IMG/VR virus record: IMGVR_UViG_3300042448_000646
Coordinates: 1-64,000 of that record
Strand: one strand, 5' to 3'
From: a virus
DNA: 64,000 nucleotides
The first letter of the stretch is position 1; each line of letters opens with the position of its first letter. The notes under the pieces are model-generated. The model did no database searches and was not told the origin of the DNA. It worked only from the letters and a program-made list of their open reading frames with translations. The position numbers and the translations under genes were made by a program. This document shows, piece after piece, positions 1 through 11,016 of this stretch.

Positions 1-1
1 T

Positions 2-2665
2 TGGGATACTAGAGACTTTACTTCAACTAACGTAAGTAACTGGAACACCGCATATGGTTGGGGAAACCATGCATCTGCAGGATATTTAACAAGTGTTACA
101 AATATTTCAGGATATGCTGGAACTTTAATTAGAGAAGATAATAGAACAATATCTCCTAGTGAATTAACAGCTGGCCAAATGAAATTTGGTTTCACATCTT
201 GGAATAATGACAACTCATCTCCTTATGCTGATTTCATACACATGCGTTCTTATACAGATTCTTCTGGGGGGAGTGACAATCTTGTTATGTTCCTTAAGAG
301 TGGTATTGGAATGCGTATTTACCAACAAACATTTGGATCTGGTAGTGCTTACAGTTCTTATGCAGATGTATGGCATTCTGGAAACTTAACTAATCTTAAT
401 CAATTAAGTAATGGACCAGGTTACATTACAGCATCTGCATTAAGTCCTTATTTGCCTTTAGCTGGAGGTACAATGAGTGGTAGTCTAACTTTTAGTTCAG
501 CGTATAATGCTTATATATATACATTTAGTAGAGTAGGTCTTGCCAATCAAGGCAGAATTATATACAATAATGGTACAGGATCTAATATGTTTTTTGGTGA
601 ACTTGCATCAAATATATATGGATTTACATCAAATGCTTATACAGATACACCAGCACTATCTTTTAATTTATCAACAAATAACGTAGGTATTGGAACAAGT
701 ACTCCAGGTTCTAAATTACACGTTATTAGCAATGAGAATTCTGATGCAGCTGGAGCTATAAGAACTACGGCACTAAATTTAAGTCAATATGCTGACTATA
801 GTTTTGGGGGTATAACTTCTTCATATTTTTATAGAATTGTAAGTGGAACCAATCAACATATTAGTTTGATGCCTGGTGGCACAGGTAACGTTGGTATTGG
901 TACAAATAGTCCAACAGAGAAACTTCATGTAGTTGGTAATCAATATATTACAGGAAATATTACTGTTGGTGCTTCTGGTAATTACAGCAATGTTAATTTT
1001 ATTAGAAATGATGGATCTGGTGTAGGCGGTATTGGTTGGAGAAGTGATGGCATTTTTTATGTTGGAGGGCATCTAGATTATGGTCCTAATGCAGGAAATG
1101 CTGTAAGAGTATATGGCTTTGGTGCAAATCTTTCTTTAGGAAACAATACAGCTGGAGATGTACTAACTGTTACAAATGGAGGCAATGTTGGAATTGGGAC
1201 TACATCTCCTTCGGAAAAATTTCATGTATTAGGAAGAGGAATATTTGACGGAGGATCAGGAGATTCTTCTACAGATGCTGTATTATATGTAACTAAGTCA
1301 AACAATAATGACTGGGGATTATATGTAAATGCCGCAGCTCTTGACTATGGTATGTACGCTAGAGTGTCTCCTTCTGCAAACTATGCTATTGCTGTAAATA
1401 ATGGAACTAGTTGGACTACGAGAATTACTGGTAATGCTGTAATTTATTTAGGTGAGAAAAATGCAATAGAAGGTAACTACGATACTTGGCTTAGATTAAA
1501 TAATCAAAATCATTATGCTTCAGGCGTTTACACTCCAGGAGTAATGAGAGCTGATGGAGGATTTAATGTAAGTGGAAGTACAGTATGGCACTCAGGTAAC
1601 GATGGAAGTGGAAGTGGTTTAGATGCTGATTTACTTGATGGACAAAATTCTACTGAGTTTTTACGTTTATTATCTGGAGGTGCTGAAGCAAGTTTAGATA
1701 GTTATACAGACAATGGAATCAGGCCGGTAAGTTTTGCTGGGCACTCCCAACATCTTTTGTCTTGGAATGCGGGTGGATCAACAGGAACAGTTCAACAATT
1801 GTTTCATTATGGTGTACCCAATAACGGTTGGAGAATTAGAAATAAAACTGATAACTCTTCTTGGAGTGATTGGGGATATGTTGTTATGGCTAGTTCTAAC
1901 CAAGGACTTATTTCTGGAACTATTGCTACTCAATCTTGGGTGGGGTCTCAGAGTTACGCTACTACATCTTATGTAACCACCCAAATCAATAACTTAATTG
2001 CAGGAGCACCAGGAGCACTAGATACACTAGATGAATTGGCTGCTGCATTAGGAGATGATGCTTCATTTGCTACTACAGTAACTAATAGTATTGCAGGTAA
2101 GGTATCTAAGGCTGGTGATACTATTACAGGTAAAATAACCTTTCCTCCTGCCGTAGCTAATAGACCTCAATTTCCAGGAGGTATTTTAGGCTTAGATGTA
2201 GGTGACGGAAATTTTGATATTTGGGGAATCTCTAGAGATTACTATCCATCTCATCCAACTCCTTCTAGTGCATGGGGACTTAGATGGAATGGAGATAATA
2301 ATGATTTTGAATTTGTAGGAGCTGGAGCTAATCGTATAGTTCTAGATATGGATGCAGGTAATTTAACTATAGCAGGATTTCTTACAGAATCATCTTCACT
2401 TAAACTAAAAGAAAATGTAAAAACAAGCGAGGGAAATTTAGAAAAGGTAGTAAATTTGAGACCAGTAACTTACAATAAGATTGGGTCTCAGACTAAAGAA
2501 TTAGGACTTATTGCAGAAGAAGTTGCTACAGTCTACCCAGAGTTTGTACAATATGATGAGAGTGGAGAACCTGTAGGGGTCAACTACTCACGCTTAACTG
2601 CTGCTCTTATAGGTGCAGTAAAAGAATTAACCCAAAGAATTGAAACACTAGAAAACAATGGCTAA
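2..2665 (+). CDS. Tail fibre/spike protein with C-terminal intramolecular chaperone (peptidase S74-type); 5'-truncated by the window edge
   Basis: The frame is open from position 2 (WDTRDFTSTNVSNWNTAYGWGNHASAGY...) into the ATG at 179. It carries GNVGIGTxxP repeats, GSGLDADLLDG, the APGALDTLDELAAALGDD fibre motif, and a C-terminal SSLKLKENV...LRPVTY...GLIAEEV...VNYSRLTAALIGAVKEL chaperone signature. Confidence 0.88.
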   Translation, partial: WDTRDFTSTNVSNWNTAYGWGNHASAGYLTSVTNISGYAGTLIREDNRTISPSELTAGQMKFGFTSWNNDNSSPYADFIHMRSYTDSSGGSDNLVMFLKSGIGMRIYQQTFGSGSAYSSYADVWHSGNLTNLNQLSNGPGYITASALSPYLPLAGGTMSGSLTFSSAYNAYIYTFSRVGLANQGRIIYNNGTGSNMFFGELASNIYGFTSNAYTDTPALSFNLSTNNVGIGTSTPGSKLHVISNENSDAAGAIRTTALNLSQYADYSFGGITSSYFYRIVSGTNQHISLMPGGTGNVGIGTNSPTEKLHVVGNQYITGNITVGASGNYSNVNFIRNDGSGVGGIGWRSDGIFYVGGHLDYGPNAGNAVRVYGFGANLSLGNNTAGDVLTVTNGGNVGIGTTSPSEKFHVLGRGIFDGGSGDSSTDAVLYVTKSNNNDWGLYVNAAALDYGMYARVSPSANYAIAVNNGTSWTTRITGNAVIYLGEKNAIEGNYDTWLRLNNQNHYASGVYTPGVMRADGGFNVSGSTVWHSGNDGSGSGLDADLLDGQNSTEFLRLLSGGAEASLDSYTDNGIRPVSFAGHSQHLLSWNAGGSTGTVQQLFHYGVPNNGWRIRNKTDNSSWSDWGYVVMASSNQGLISGTIATQSWVGSQSYATTSYVTTQINNLIAGAPGALDTLDELAAALGDDASFATTVTNSIAGKVSKAGDTITGKITFPPAVANRPQFPGGILGLDVGDGNFDIWGISRDYYPSHPTPSSAWGLRWNGDNNDFEFVGAGANRIVLDMDAGNLTIAGFLTESSSLKLKENVKTSEGNLEKVVNLRPVTYNKIGSQTKELGLIAEEVATVYPEFVQYDESGEPVGVNYSRLTAALIGAVKELTQRIETLENNG

Positions 2666-5600
2666 TTTATTAATAAATACCACAGTAGGCGGAAATGCCG
2701 TAATCACAACAAGTAACATTGGGAGTTATGCTTTAACAAGTATACCTGCAACCATTGGTCCTACTAATATTAATATTGGTAATGCAATATATTTTGGAGG
2801 CGGAAACAATTATCTAAACTGGGATGGTGCTCGTATAAACTCTAATGTTGGCATTCAGAGTACCTCTGATATGCGTGCTCCAATTTTTTACGATTCCGCA
2901 GATACTAGTTATTACCTTGACCCCAATGGTAATAGTGTATTAACTACCGCAACATTTAACGTAAATGCGTCTTCTATTATAACACTTACATCAGCTGGAA
3001 CAAATGCTTCTATGATAAAAGCTGGGGCTGGTGATGAGTTGTATATTGGTGGTAATAACACTTGGCAGATGAGATTTAGTGGTGCTAATGTTCTAATGGA
3101 CAATGGTGGTTATCTTCAAAATAACGAATCTCTAAGAGCACCTATTTTTTACGATTCTAATGATACTGGATATTACCTTGATCCTAATGGACTTTCAGTA
3201 CTTAGTCATATTCGACTAAATAATAACTGGGCTAATGCTGGGATTAACCAAGGAGCTATAAACATTAGAGGACAGTATCCTTCAATGCAATTTAGAAATA
3301 CTGTTTCTGACAGTATGTGGTTGAGACACATGGATGCAAGTGGAACCATACAACATTATTATGCTTCAGATGGAGTTGATTCATCTAATTGGAGTATAAA
3401 ACATTCAATGTTTGGTAATGGAAACTTCTCTTCTGTAGGAACACATACAGCATCTCAATTTATTGGATCAGGAGCAGGGTTAACAGGAACAGCCAGTTCA
3501 TTAAGTGTAAATTATGCTACGGGTGCAGGTGCTTTAGGAGGCTATAGTCTAGATACTATGAAGAAGTATATCTGGTCTAGAGGAGAAAACTTACTTAGTA
3601 ATGGAACAGGTTTGATGGGTAACAACACAAACTTTACTTCATTTACATTTGATGGTAGTCAAGCGTATTTCTCAAGTGGATCATTTAGATATACTGGACA
3701 ATACCAAGCTCCAAATACTGATGAGTTAATGCCTGTCAATCCAGAGAAAAGATATCGTTTAGATTTTTGGGCAAGAACTACAAATGGACAAGGTGCATAT
3801 TATGCTTATTTAAACTTTTTTGATGTAGATGGTAATACAATTACTGCAGTTACTCATATGTATTATGCTAACACTCTTACTACGTTGGCACAAACTCTTA
3901 ACCCTGGGGATACAGTTGTTTACTTAACTAGTGCTGCTAACTGGGAAAATGGGGGAACAGCAGGAGTATCTACCCACATCAGATCATTTATATTCTGGAA
4001 CTATGTTAACTCATTTGGATATGCTTATCCCCCAGAAACTTATTCTCAAAACTGGTACGGAGGAAGATGGGATCCTGGAGCTGTTAACTACGCCACTAAT
4101 ACTATTACTCTGATTAGTCCTTGGAATGGTCCTTCTATTGCTTCTGGTACTAAGTTAAGTAATGGTAGTGCAGGTGGTACATATAAGTACATTGCTTTGG
4201 GATACACTATTGTACCAACTACATGGACAAACTATGTAGGTATAATGGACGGTGTAGATTATAGTGGTACAAATGCTGGAGGTAAGTTTCCTCCAGGTAC
4301 AGCTTCTGCTAAATTAGGATTCTTAACCGATTACAATGCTAGTGGTGATACAATTTTTCTTGCAAATTTATTTGTTGGAGTAGATACTGATTATCCTATT
4401 TATGACAAAACAATTGGAAATACTAAAATAGAAAAGAGTGGTGCTTTTTATGGTACTATTTTTTATGATTCAAATAATACTAGTTACTATTTAGATCCTA
4501 ATAGTACTAGTAATTTATATCGTGTAGATGCAGCCTCTCAAATGAGAGCGCCAATTTTTTATGATTCACAGGATACAAATTATTATTTAGATCCTAATAG
4601 TACTTCTAGATTAGTTACTGTTAATGCTGACACACTACGTTCTTATAGTAATGTTTACACAGATGGAAACTATGGTAATGGTCTTGTAGGTCTTTATTCT
4701 GCTGAGAGATACCAAGGTGTATTTGCAATGGGGGACTCTTATAAGTTGGCTGCTAATGGTACAACTACTGGAAATCTTTATGGTATTGCATGGACACATA
4801 CAAATGTAGGAGGACAATCTAAATCTGGCTTAGGGCATCAGGCTTTATTCATGGATAATGGTGTTACCCAAACAGCTATTGGTTCAGGTATCTGGACTTC
4901 AGGACTTATTACTACAACTTCTTATGGAACATCCTCTAACTGGAATACCGCATTTGGTTGGGGTAACCACGCTAGTGCAGGATACTTAACAGGAATAACA
5001 TCAGGACAAGTAACAGGTGCTTTAGGATATACTCCTTATAACTCTAGTAATCCTAGTGGATATATTACATCATCAGGAAGTATTAGTGGTAGTGCGGGTA
5101 GTGTGACTAATGGAGTTTATACAAATGTTACAAATACAATTGTAAATGGGGATGCTGCTGCATTAATAGTTTATGGAGCTAGCTCATATAATGCTGCTGC
5201 GGCTTTACATCTTGGTGGTTGGTCAACAGATACAACATATGCTCGTATAAGAACTTCTAACGGTAATCTACATATAGACACTAGAGGTGGAGCAGGTAAT
5301 GTTTATCAAATGTATTTTAATCATTACTCAAGTGGGGATATGTACTTTGGCAATGGTGGTGGAACTGTTTACATATATGGTGGAAGATTAAAACACTCAA
5401 ATAATACCGATTATGTTTATAACAGTGGTACTTGGAGTATTAATGTAACTGGCAGTTCAGGAAGTGCTGGTAATGCTACAAATCTTTCTGGGCTTGGTAC
5501 TATCCAAAGTACTTCAACAGGAACATCTTATACAACGAATTATCAAGTAAGAGAGAATAGTGGAGGAAGTGGAAATACAAACGAAATATATGCACCTCAG

Positions 5601-8600
5601 TTAGCATTCCATTGGGGGGGTGTTGTTGCTTCTAGTATCATGATGGAATCTAGTGGTAGAATGGCTATTAGAAATAACCCAGGGGGATCGTATGAAAACT
5701 TTATAGCAGCTGTAATTTACTCTTCTGGTTATGGAGATTCCACACAATGGAATACAGCTTATGGGTGGGGAAATCATGCAAGTGCTGGCTATCAAGCTGC
5801 TTCAACTGCAATTACTACAAGTAATATAGGTTCACAATCTGTAAGTTATGCTACTACATCGGGTGCGTTAACTTCAATGAACATCTCTCAATTCACAAAT
5901 AACTCTGGTTATATTACAGGATATACAGAAACAGATACATTGGCTACTGTTACTGGAAGAGGATCTACTACAAGTTCTTCTATTACTGCAGAAAGATATA
6001 GAGGTAATAACAGTTTAATTCTTAATAGTTTTACAACAGTTAACCCTTCTTCAAACGTATTTTTATACAGTCAACCAAACGATAGAGACTCTTGGATTTA
6101 TCTAGATAGTGCAGACACTGGTTCAAACTGGGGTATTTACCATAGGCAAATTGATTCTGCTGTTGGTGGTATGGAAGGTAATTCAATTGGTTTTATTGGA
6201 GGTGGAGCAAATGGATTACGAGCATATATTGGTCTTAGCACAGGTAATGGATATTTTGCAGGAACATTGTCTGCATCAAATTTAAGTGGTACAAATACAG
6301 GTGACCAGACAAATATTAGCGGTAATGCTGCTACTGCTACTTATGCCACTACAGCAGGTTCTGCTCCAGCTAATGGAGGTAACTCCTCTACTGTAGGAGG
6401 ATATAGTGTATCTGTAGGAGCTAGTGCTAATACTATTCCTACTAGAAATGGAAGTGGTTATTTAATTCCTGAAAGTTGGATTCAACTTAATGGTATTTAT
6501 GGATTATACTCTCCAACAAATGGTGCTCATTTAAGACCTAATGATGGAAGTTATGGTCCCTGGCTAGTTACTGGCACTAGAAATGGATGGAACGGAATTG
6601 AGTTTAATGCATCAAATGGAAACGTATCATTGATGGTAAATCCAACCTCTAACACAACTGGATTTCACAACAACGCCTATGGATGGCAGTTCTATTGGGA
6701 AAGTGGTACATTATATTGTCACAAAAATGCATATGGCGCTGGAGCTCAAGCAACTGTACTAGACTCATCTAACTATTCTTCTTGGGCTCAACCAATTGCA
6801 TCTGCAATTAATACAGGTAACATTGGGTCTCAGTCAGTAAGTAATGCATCCACAGCAGGAGGATTAGCTGTTCATAGTAGTAGAAATAACGAAGCAAATA
6901 AAATTGTTAGAACTGATGCAAATGGATATATTCAAGCAGGATGGATTAATACTCCTTCTGGAGTATTCTCTTCTGCTATAACCAAGATATATTGTTCGGA
7001 TGATGACTATGTAAGATTTCAAACACCTGCTACTTTTATTTCTAATTTAGGATTAATTACTACTTCTAATATTGGAAGTCAATCCGTGTCTTACGCAACA
7101 ACAGCAGGTACAGCAAATGCAGTAGCATGGGGTAATGTATCAAGTAAACCGTCTTATGTAATGTATTATCAAGGATTTACTCTTGATGCTAATACAATGG
7201 ACGCTAACTCTACAGGATTTACATATTCAGTAAATGCTCCATATACAGGACCTATTGCTAGATTTAGTGAACCAGGATACTCATTACAACTTAACGCTGC
7301 CTATAGTGGTAGTGGAACAGGTATTGCCTTTAGAACAAGAAATGGCGATGCTGGTTCATTTAACCCTTGGAGAGTACTACTTAACGATGCAAACTATACA
7401 GCTTACTCTCCGTCTCTTGCAGGAACAGGTGCTTCAGGAACTTGGAGCATTAGTGTTACTGGATCTGCTGGATCAGTAGCATGGACTAACGTAAGTTCTC
7501 GTCCTACTGCCTTGTCTCAATTTACAAACGATCTAGGTAACTATGGAGGATTTTTAACTTCTATTACTGCACATACTCACGCTATATCAGATGTAACAGG
7601 ATTACAAACAGCTCTTGATAGTAAGCAGGCTTCTCTTGGATTTACCCCATACAATAGTACAAATCCTAGTGGGTATATTACAGGTATTTCATTTGCAAAC
7701 GTTTCATCTAAGCCAACTACAATTAGTGGTTATGGAATTACAGATGCAATTACAACTGCTAACATTGGAAGCCAATCAGTAACTAATTCAGCTCAGCTTA
7801 ATGGCTTGAGCAAAATACAACTTTGGAATAACAGTGGACAAGGACATAGCACGTATCAAACATTTGGAGCAATTCCAAACTTTGGTGTTTGGTTTATGCA
7901 AGGCTCTACTGCTAACGATACTCCACAATCAGGTTCTCAATACTATGTACAGACACAAGGTCTAGGCAATGATTATGCATATGGTACTTATGGATTAATG
8001 ACTGCTGTAGCAAGAGATCATGCTCGTAAGTATACTTATTATAGAACACAAGAAGGTGGTAGTTGGGGAAGTTGGACAAAAGCAGCTGCTGGATATGCTG
8101 ATGAAGCAGGTGTTTTAACTAGCATGAACATTTCTCAGTTTACGAATAACTCTGGTTATATTACAGGAATTAACTCAGGTAACGTAACCACAGCATTAGG
8201 CTTTACTCCGTACAATGCTACAAACCCAAGTGGTTATATTACATCAAGTGCTAGTATCTCAGGAACAGCTAGTAACATTACAGCATACACCATTAACCAG
8301 AGTGTAGGTACAGGTAACTCTCCTACTTTTGCTGGCTTAGCTAATACAGGAGGTTGGTACTCTTATAATGATGACGACAGAAATCCAGGTAGTGCAAATC
8401 ACTATCCTACAACATCAGCTAGATCATTTAGATTTTCATTTGTAGGAGCAGGAAGTGTAGGTGCTGTAGGTAACTATGCAGGTTTATTACAATTTAATCC
8501 TTGGGATGGCACAACTTCCTCTACAGGAGATTCTTCTTATCAGTTAGCATTTGTTAATCAAACAGGTGTTAATGGTTCTGGAAATCCTGGCTTAAGATTA

Positions 8601-9968
8601 AGAAAAGGTATTGATAGTACTTGGGGAGCTTTTTGTGATATTTTAACTTCAGTTAATTACACAAGTTATTCTCCTACACTAACGGGTACTGGGGCAAGTG
8701 GTACATGGAGTATTTCGGTATCAGGTAATGCAGCAACAGCCACCAACGTGGCTTATTCAGGATTAACTGGAACAGTTCCTACTTGGAATCAGAATACTAC
8801 GGGTAGCGCTGCCACTGTAGGTGGATATGCTCCTTCTGGTAGTGTAGGTGCAAACACAGTGGTTATTAGAGATGCTAACAACTACATCTATGCTCATTAC
8901 ATTAACTCAAACGTATCTGAAACAGAGAACCCAACTATCAACTCATTCTATACAAGTAATGGAGATGGATGGTTAAGGAAGTCTAGTGTTGCTCACGTTA
9001 AGTCTCAATTAGGATTAGGGTCTATGGCCTATGAATCTAGTGGTACTTATCAAACTGTATCTGGAGCAATTAATACAGGAAACATCGCTAGCCAATCTGT
9101 AAGTTACGCTACAGTATCACAACAGCTTACTAAGTTTGGAGATATCTATGGTCAAGATTGGAATAGCTATTTTATTACTGCTAAGTTAATTGTATCTAAT
9201 GCATTAGGTCACACTGGAGCTAATAGACCTAGTGATTCTTATGGTTATGGTACTGTTTTATCTTATGGTGAAACTGGAGGTCCTTTGATGCAAATGTACT
9301 TCCCTGAAGATGTTGCTAATACTGGAGGTGCATACAGAGCTTTGGCTTATAGATCTGGATATAATGGTAGCTGGAGTGCTTGGAAAACTGTAGTAAACCA
9401 AGTAGGTAATACTTGTACTGTTGCTGGAAGTAATGGAACAGGTTTACAAGTTCACTCTAACGTAGGGTATAACCAAAATCCTTTAACCTACTTCTTACTG
9501 AGAGGTCAAGCAGATTCTAGTTGGAAAACATTTAAGATACTTCTTACTGGAGATGCAGGAGGACAAGACATTGAGTTTAGACGTATTGCAGAGAATTCTA
9601 CAGATGCAAGAATGTTCTACGTTCCAAGAGGCTTAAACCAAGTAATCTTTGACTACACAGTTGTTCAGCCTTCAGATTCTAGACTTAAGGATAACCTCAC
9701 TCTTATCACTACTCCTGTAGATAAGATTAAATCTCTACGTGGTGTAGAGTTTGATTGGAACTCAGGTGAGCACGTAGGCACACATGATGTAGGTCTTATT
9801 GCTCAAGATGTTGAGGCAGTACTTCCAGAAGCAGTTACTACCCAAGAAGATGGATATAAGAACTTGGCTTACACCAAAGTTATCCCTCTATTGGTAGAAG
9901 CAATGAAAGAACAACAAACAATGATCGAGGCTTTAAGGGCTGAGATAGAACTATTAAAAAACAAGTAA
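2658..9968 (+). CDS. Giant mosaic tail fibre (2436 aa) with a CBM-like domain and C-terminal S74-type chaperone
   Basis: G/S/T/N-rich with repeated modules (RAPIFYDS..YYLDPN, WNTAYGWGNHASAGY, ITTSNIGSQSV, LGFTPYNxxNPSGYIT). A CBM-like segment ENLLSNG...PVNPEKRYRLDFWAR lies at ~3585-4400. The C-terminus reads SDSRLKDNL...LRGVEFDW...GLIAQDVEAVLPEAV...LLVEAMKEQQ. Confidence 0.9.
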   Translation: MANLLINTTVGGNAVITTSNIGSYALTSIPATIGPTNINIGNAIYFGGGNNYLNWDGARINSNVGIQSTSDMRAPIFYDSADTSYYLDPNGNSVLTTATFNVNASSIITLTSAGTNASMIKAGAGDELYIGGNNTWQMRFSGANVLMDNGGYLQNNESLRAPIFYDSNDTGYYLDPNGLSVLSHIRLNNNWANAGINQGAINIRGQYPSMQFRNTVSDSMWLRHMDASGTIQHYYASDGVDSSNWSIKHSMFGNGNFSSVGTHTASQFIGSGAGLTGTASSLSVNYATGAGALGGYSLDTMKKYIWSRGENLLSNGTGLMGNNTNFTSFTFDGSQAYFSSGSFRYTGQYQAPNTDELMPVNPEKRYRLDFWARTTNGQGAYYAYLNFFDVDGNTITAVTHMYYANTLTTLAQTLNPGDTVVYLTSAANWENGGTAGVSTHIRSFIFWNYVNSFGYAYPPETYSQNWYGGRWDPGAVNYATNTITLISPWNGPSIASGTKLSNGSAGGTYKYIALGYTIVPTTWTNYVGIMDGVDYSGTNAGGKFPPGTASAKLGFLTDYNASGDTIFLANLFVGVDTDYPIYDKTIGNTKIEKSGAFYGTIFYDSNNTSYYLDPNSTSNLYRVDAASQMRAPIFYDSQDTNYYLDPNSTSRLVTVNADTLRSYSNVYTDGNYGNGLVGLYSAERYQGVFAMGDSYKLAANGTTTGNLYGIAWTHTNVGGQSKSGLGHQALFMDNGVTQTAIGSGIWTSGLITTTSYGTSSNWNTAFGWGNHASAGYLTGITSGQVTGALGYTPYNSSNPSGYITSSGSISGSAGSVTNGVYTNVTNTIVNGDAAALIVYGASSYNAAAALHLGGWSTDTTYARIRTSNGNLHIDTRGGAGNVYQMYFNHYSSGDMYFGNGGGTVYIYGGRLKHSNNTDYVYNSGTWSINVTGSSGSAGNATNLSGLGTIQSTSTGTSYTTNYQVRENSGGSGNTNEIYAPQLAFHWGGVVASSIMMESSGRMAIRNNPGGSYENFIAAVIYSSGYGDSTQWNTAYGWGNHASAGYQAASTAITTSNIGSQSVSYATTSGALTSMNISQFTNNSGYITGYTETDTLATVTGRGSTTSSSITAERYRGNNSLILNSFTTVNPSSNVFLYSQPNDRDSWIYLDSADTGSNWGIYHRQIDSAVGGMEGNSIGFIGGGANGLRAYIGLSTGNGYFAGTLSASNLSGTNTGDQTNISGNAATATYATTAGSAPANGGNSSTVGGYSVSVGASANTIPTRNGSGYLIPESWIQLNGIYGLYSPTNGAHLRPNDGSYGPWLVTGTRNGWNGIEFNASNGNVSLMVNPTSNTTGFHNNAYGWQFYWESGTLYCHKNAYGAGAQATVLDSSNYSSWAQPIASAINTGNIGSQSVSNASTAGGLAVHSSRNNEANKIVRTDANGYIQAGWINTPSGVFSSAITKIYCSDDDYVRFQTPATFISNLGLITTSNIGSQSVSYATTAGTANAVAWGNVSSKPSYVMYYQGFTLDANTMDANSTGFTYSVNAPYTGPIARFSEPGYSLQLNAAYSGSGTGIAFRTRNGDAGSFNPWRVLLNDANYTAYSPSLAGTGASGTWSISVTGSAGSVAWTNVSSRPTALSQFTNDLGNYGGFLTSITAHTHAISDVTGLQTALDSKQASLGFTPYNSTNPSGYITGISFANVSSKPTTISGYGITDAITTANIGSQSVTNSAQLNGLSKIQLWNNSGQGHSTYQTFGAIPNFGVWFMQGSTANDTPQSGSQYYVQTQGLGNDYAYGTYGLMTAVARDHARKYTYYRTQEGGSWGSWTKAAAGYADEAGVLTSMNISQFTNNSGYITGINSGNVTTALGFTPYNATNPSGYITSSASISGTASNITAYTINQSVGTGNSPTFAGLANTGGWYSYNDDDRNPGSANHYPTTSARSFRFSFVGAGSVGAVGNYAGLLQFNPWDGTTSSTGDSSYQLAFVNQTGVNGSGNPGLRLRKGIDSTWGAFCDILTSVNYTSYSPTLTGTGASGTWSISVSGNAATATNVAYSGLTGTVPTWNQNTTGSAATVGGYAPSGSVGANTVVIRDANNYIYAHYINSNVSETENPTINSFYTSNGDGWLRKSSVAHVKSQLGLGSMAYESSGTYQTVSGAINTGNIASQSVSYATVSQQLTKFGDIYGQDWNSYFITAKLIVSNALGHTGANRPSDSYGYGTVLSYGETGGPLMQMYFPEDVANTGGAYRALAYRSGYNGSWSAWKTVVNQVGNTCTVAGSNGTGLQVHSNVGYNQNPLTYFLLRGQADSSWKTFKILLTGDAGGQDIEFRRIAENSTDARMFYVPRGLNQVIFDYTVVQPSDSRLKDNLTLITTPVDKIKSLRGVEFDWNSGEHVGTHDVGLIAQDVEAVLPEAVTTQEDGYKNLAYTKVIPLLVEAMKEQQTMIEALRAEIELLKNK

Positions 9969-9969
9969 C

Positions 9970-10000
9970 TTGACAAAATAAACTTTATTGAGTATATTTG
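9970..10000 (+). promoter_or_regulatory. Bacteroidota primary-sigma promoter (TTGAC-18-TATATTTG)
   Basis: Matches the -7 TAnnTTTG consensus with an upstream TTG element. It is intergenic and 36 nt before the ATG at 10037. Confidence 0.7.
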
Positions 10001-10036
10001 TTATGTATACAAATCTAAAATTATAATTTTAAAACA

Positions 10037-10543
10037 ATGGCACTTAAAATCACAAAAAGCATTGGGACTGATAAAGGTATCACCCAAACAGCTTACGTAC
10101 GTATTGCTGACTACCAAATTTCTAAATCTGGTAACGCTAACTTCCGCATCCAACTTTACTTAAGTGAAGCTGATGCTACTCCTAACAACGCTTCTATGGG
10201 CCCTATGGGTGGAGATCAAGCACGTAACCAAGCAATTGGTGAGTACTTGTCTGTTCCTTTGACTAAGCAGGTAGAAGAGGTAAAGACTCGCACTATGATG
10301 CAACCAGTAGAGAAGGACGTAGTTAAGACTCGTACTATCACTAACGCAGAAGGTGAAGAGGTATCAGAAGAGTACACTGTAAAAGAGTACACTACTGAAG
10401 AAGTTACCGAGGAATACACAGTAACTAACACAGTTCCTGATTTATCTTCAGCTGAAGGAGTAGACATTTTTGCATTTGGTTATAGCCACTTGAAAGCAAA
10501 ACTTGTCAGCTTATTCTCTGCTGCTAAGGTAGAAGACTGCTAA
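10037..10543 (+). CDS. Hypothetical protein, possibly tail-fibre associated
   Basis: Full ORF with an A-rich leader, directly after the fibre genes. It has an acidic E/T/V-rich insert. Confidence 0.6.
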   Translation: MALKITKSIGTDKGITQTAYVRIADYQISKSGNANFRIQLYLSEADATPNNASMGPMGGDQARNQAIGEYLSVPLTKQVEEVKTRTMMQPVEKDVVKTRTITNAEGEEVSEEYTVKEYTTEEVTEEYTVTNTVPDLSSAEGVDIFAFGYSHLKAKLVSLFSAAKVEDC

Positions 10544-10576
10544 TTTGGCAGAATTTACAGAAAAGCATTATATTTG
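10544..10576 (+). promoter_or_regulatory. Bacteroidota promoter (TTTGGC...TATATTTG)
   Basis: TTTG at 10544-10547 and TATATTTG at 10569-10576, followed by an AACCAACC leader and the ATG at 10601. Confidence 0.65.
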
Positions 10577-10600
10577 TATAAACCAACCAAACAATATATC

Positions 10601-10900
10601 ATGGCAACTAAGTTAAACGAACAAGAAGTAGAGGCAATTAAAGGCTTCCAACAAAAAACTCAAAACGTAATTATGGATTTGGGTAAGATTGAACTCCAAA
10701 TGAATGACTTGCTTTCTGTAAAAGAGAAGGTAAAAGAAGCAATGGCTGAAGTAGTAAAAGAACAGAATGAGTTCTTCCAATCTATTGAAGCTAACTATGG
10801 TAAAGGTCAAATTAATTTGGATACCTTTGAGCACATTGCTGCTGAAGCTCCTGCATCAGAAACCCCTGTGGTTCCTTTTACTAAGGCAGAAGTATTGTAA
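10601..10900 (+). CDS. Small coiled-coil protein
   Basis: The ATG at 10601 (MATKLNEQE) is preferred over the TTG at 10574, which lies inside the promoter. Heptad-like helix followed by YGKGQINLDT. Confidence 0.65.
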   Translation: MATKLNEQEVEAIKGFQQKTQNVIMDLGKIELQMNDLLSVKEKVKEAMAEVVKEQNEFFQSIEANYGKGQINLDTFEHIAAEAPASETPVVPFTKAEVL

Positions 10901-10920
10901 TAATAACTATTACGCAACGG

Positions 10921-10953
10921 AAACCCTCAGAGAAATCTGGGGGTTTTTTATTT
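10921..10953 (+). terminator. Intrinsic terminator
   Basis: AAACCCTCAGA-GAAA-TCTGGGGGTTT stem with a GNRA loop and T-rich tail. Confidence 0.8.
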
Positions 10954-10966
10954 AACTAATAACTAC

Positions 10967-10996
10967 TTGACTTATTTTTTCAAAAGTTTATTTTTG
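10967..10996 (+). promoter_or_regulatory. Bacteroidota promoter for the lysis and envelope-cassette operon
   Basis: TTGAC-17-TATTTTTG just downstream of the terminator and 20 nt before the ATG at 11017. Confidence 0.6.
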
Positions 10997-11016
10997 TTGG
11001 CAAACAAACTATACCT

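Noticed and set aside
2-9968. Diversity-generating retroelement or shufflon acting on the tail fibres
   Set aside because: No reverse transcriptase or invertase is present, and the repeats differ mainly at synonymous positions rather than in an adenine-specific way.
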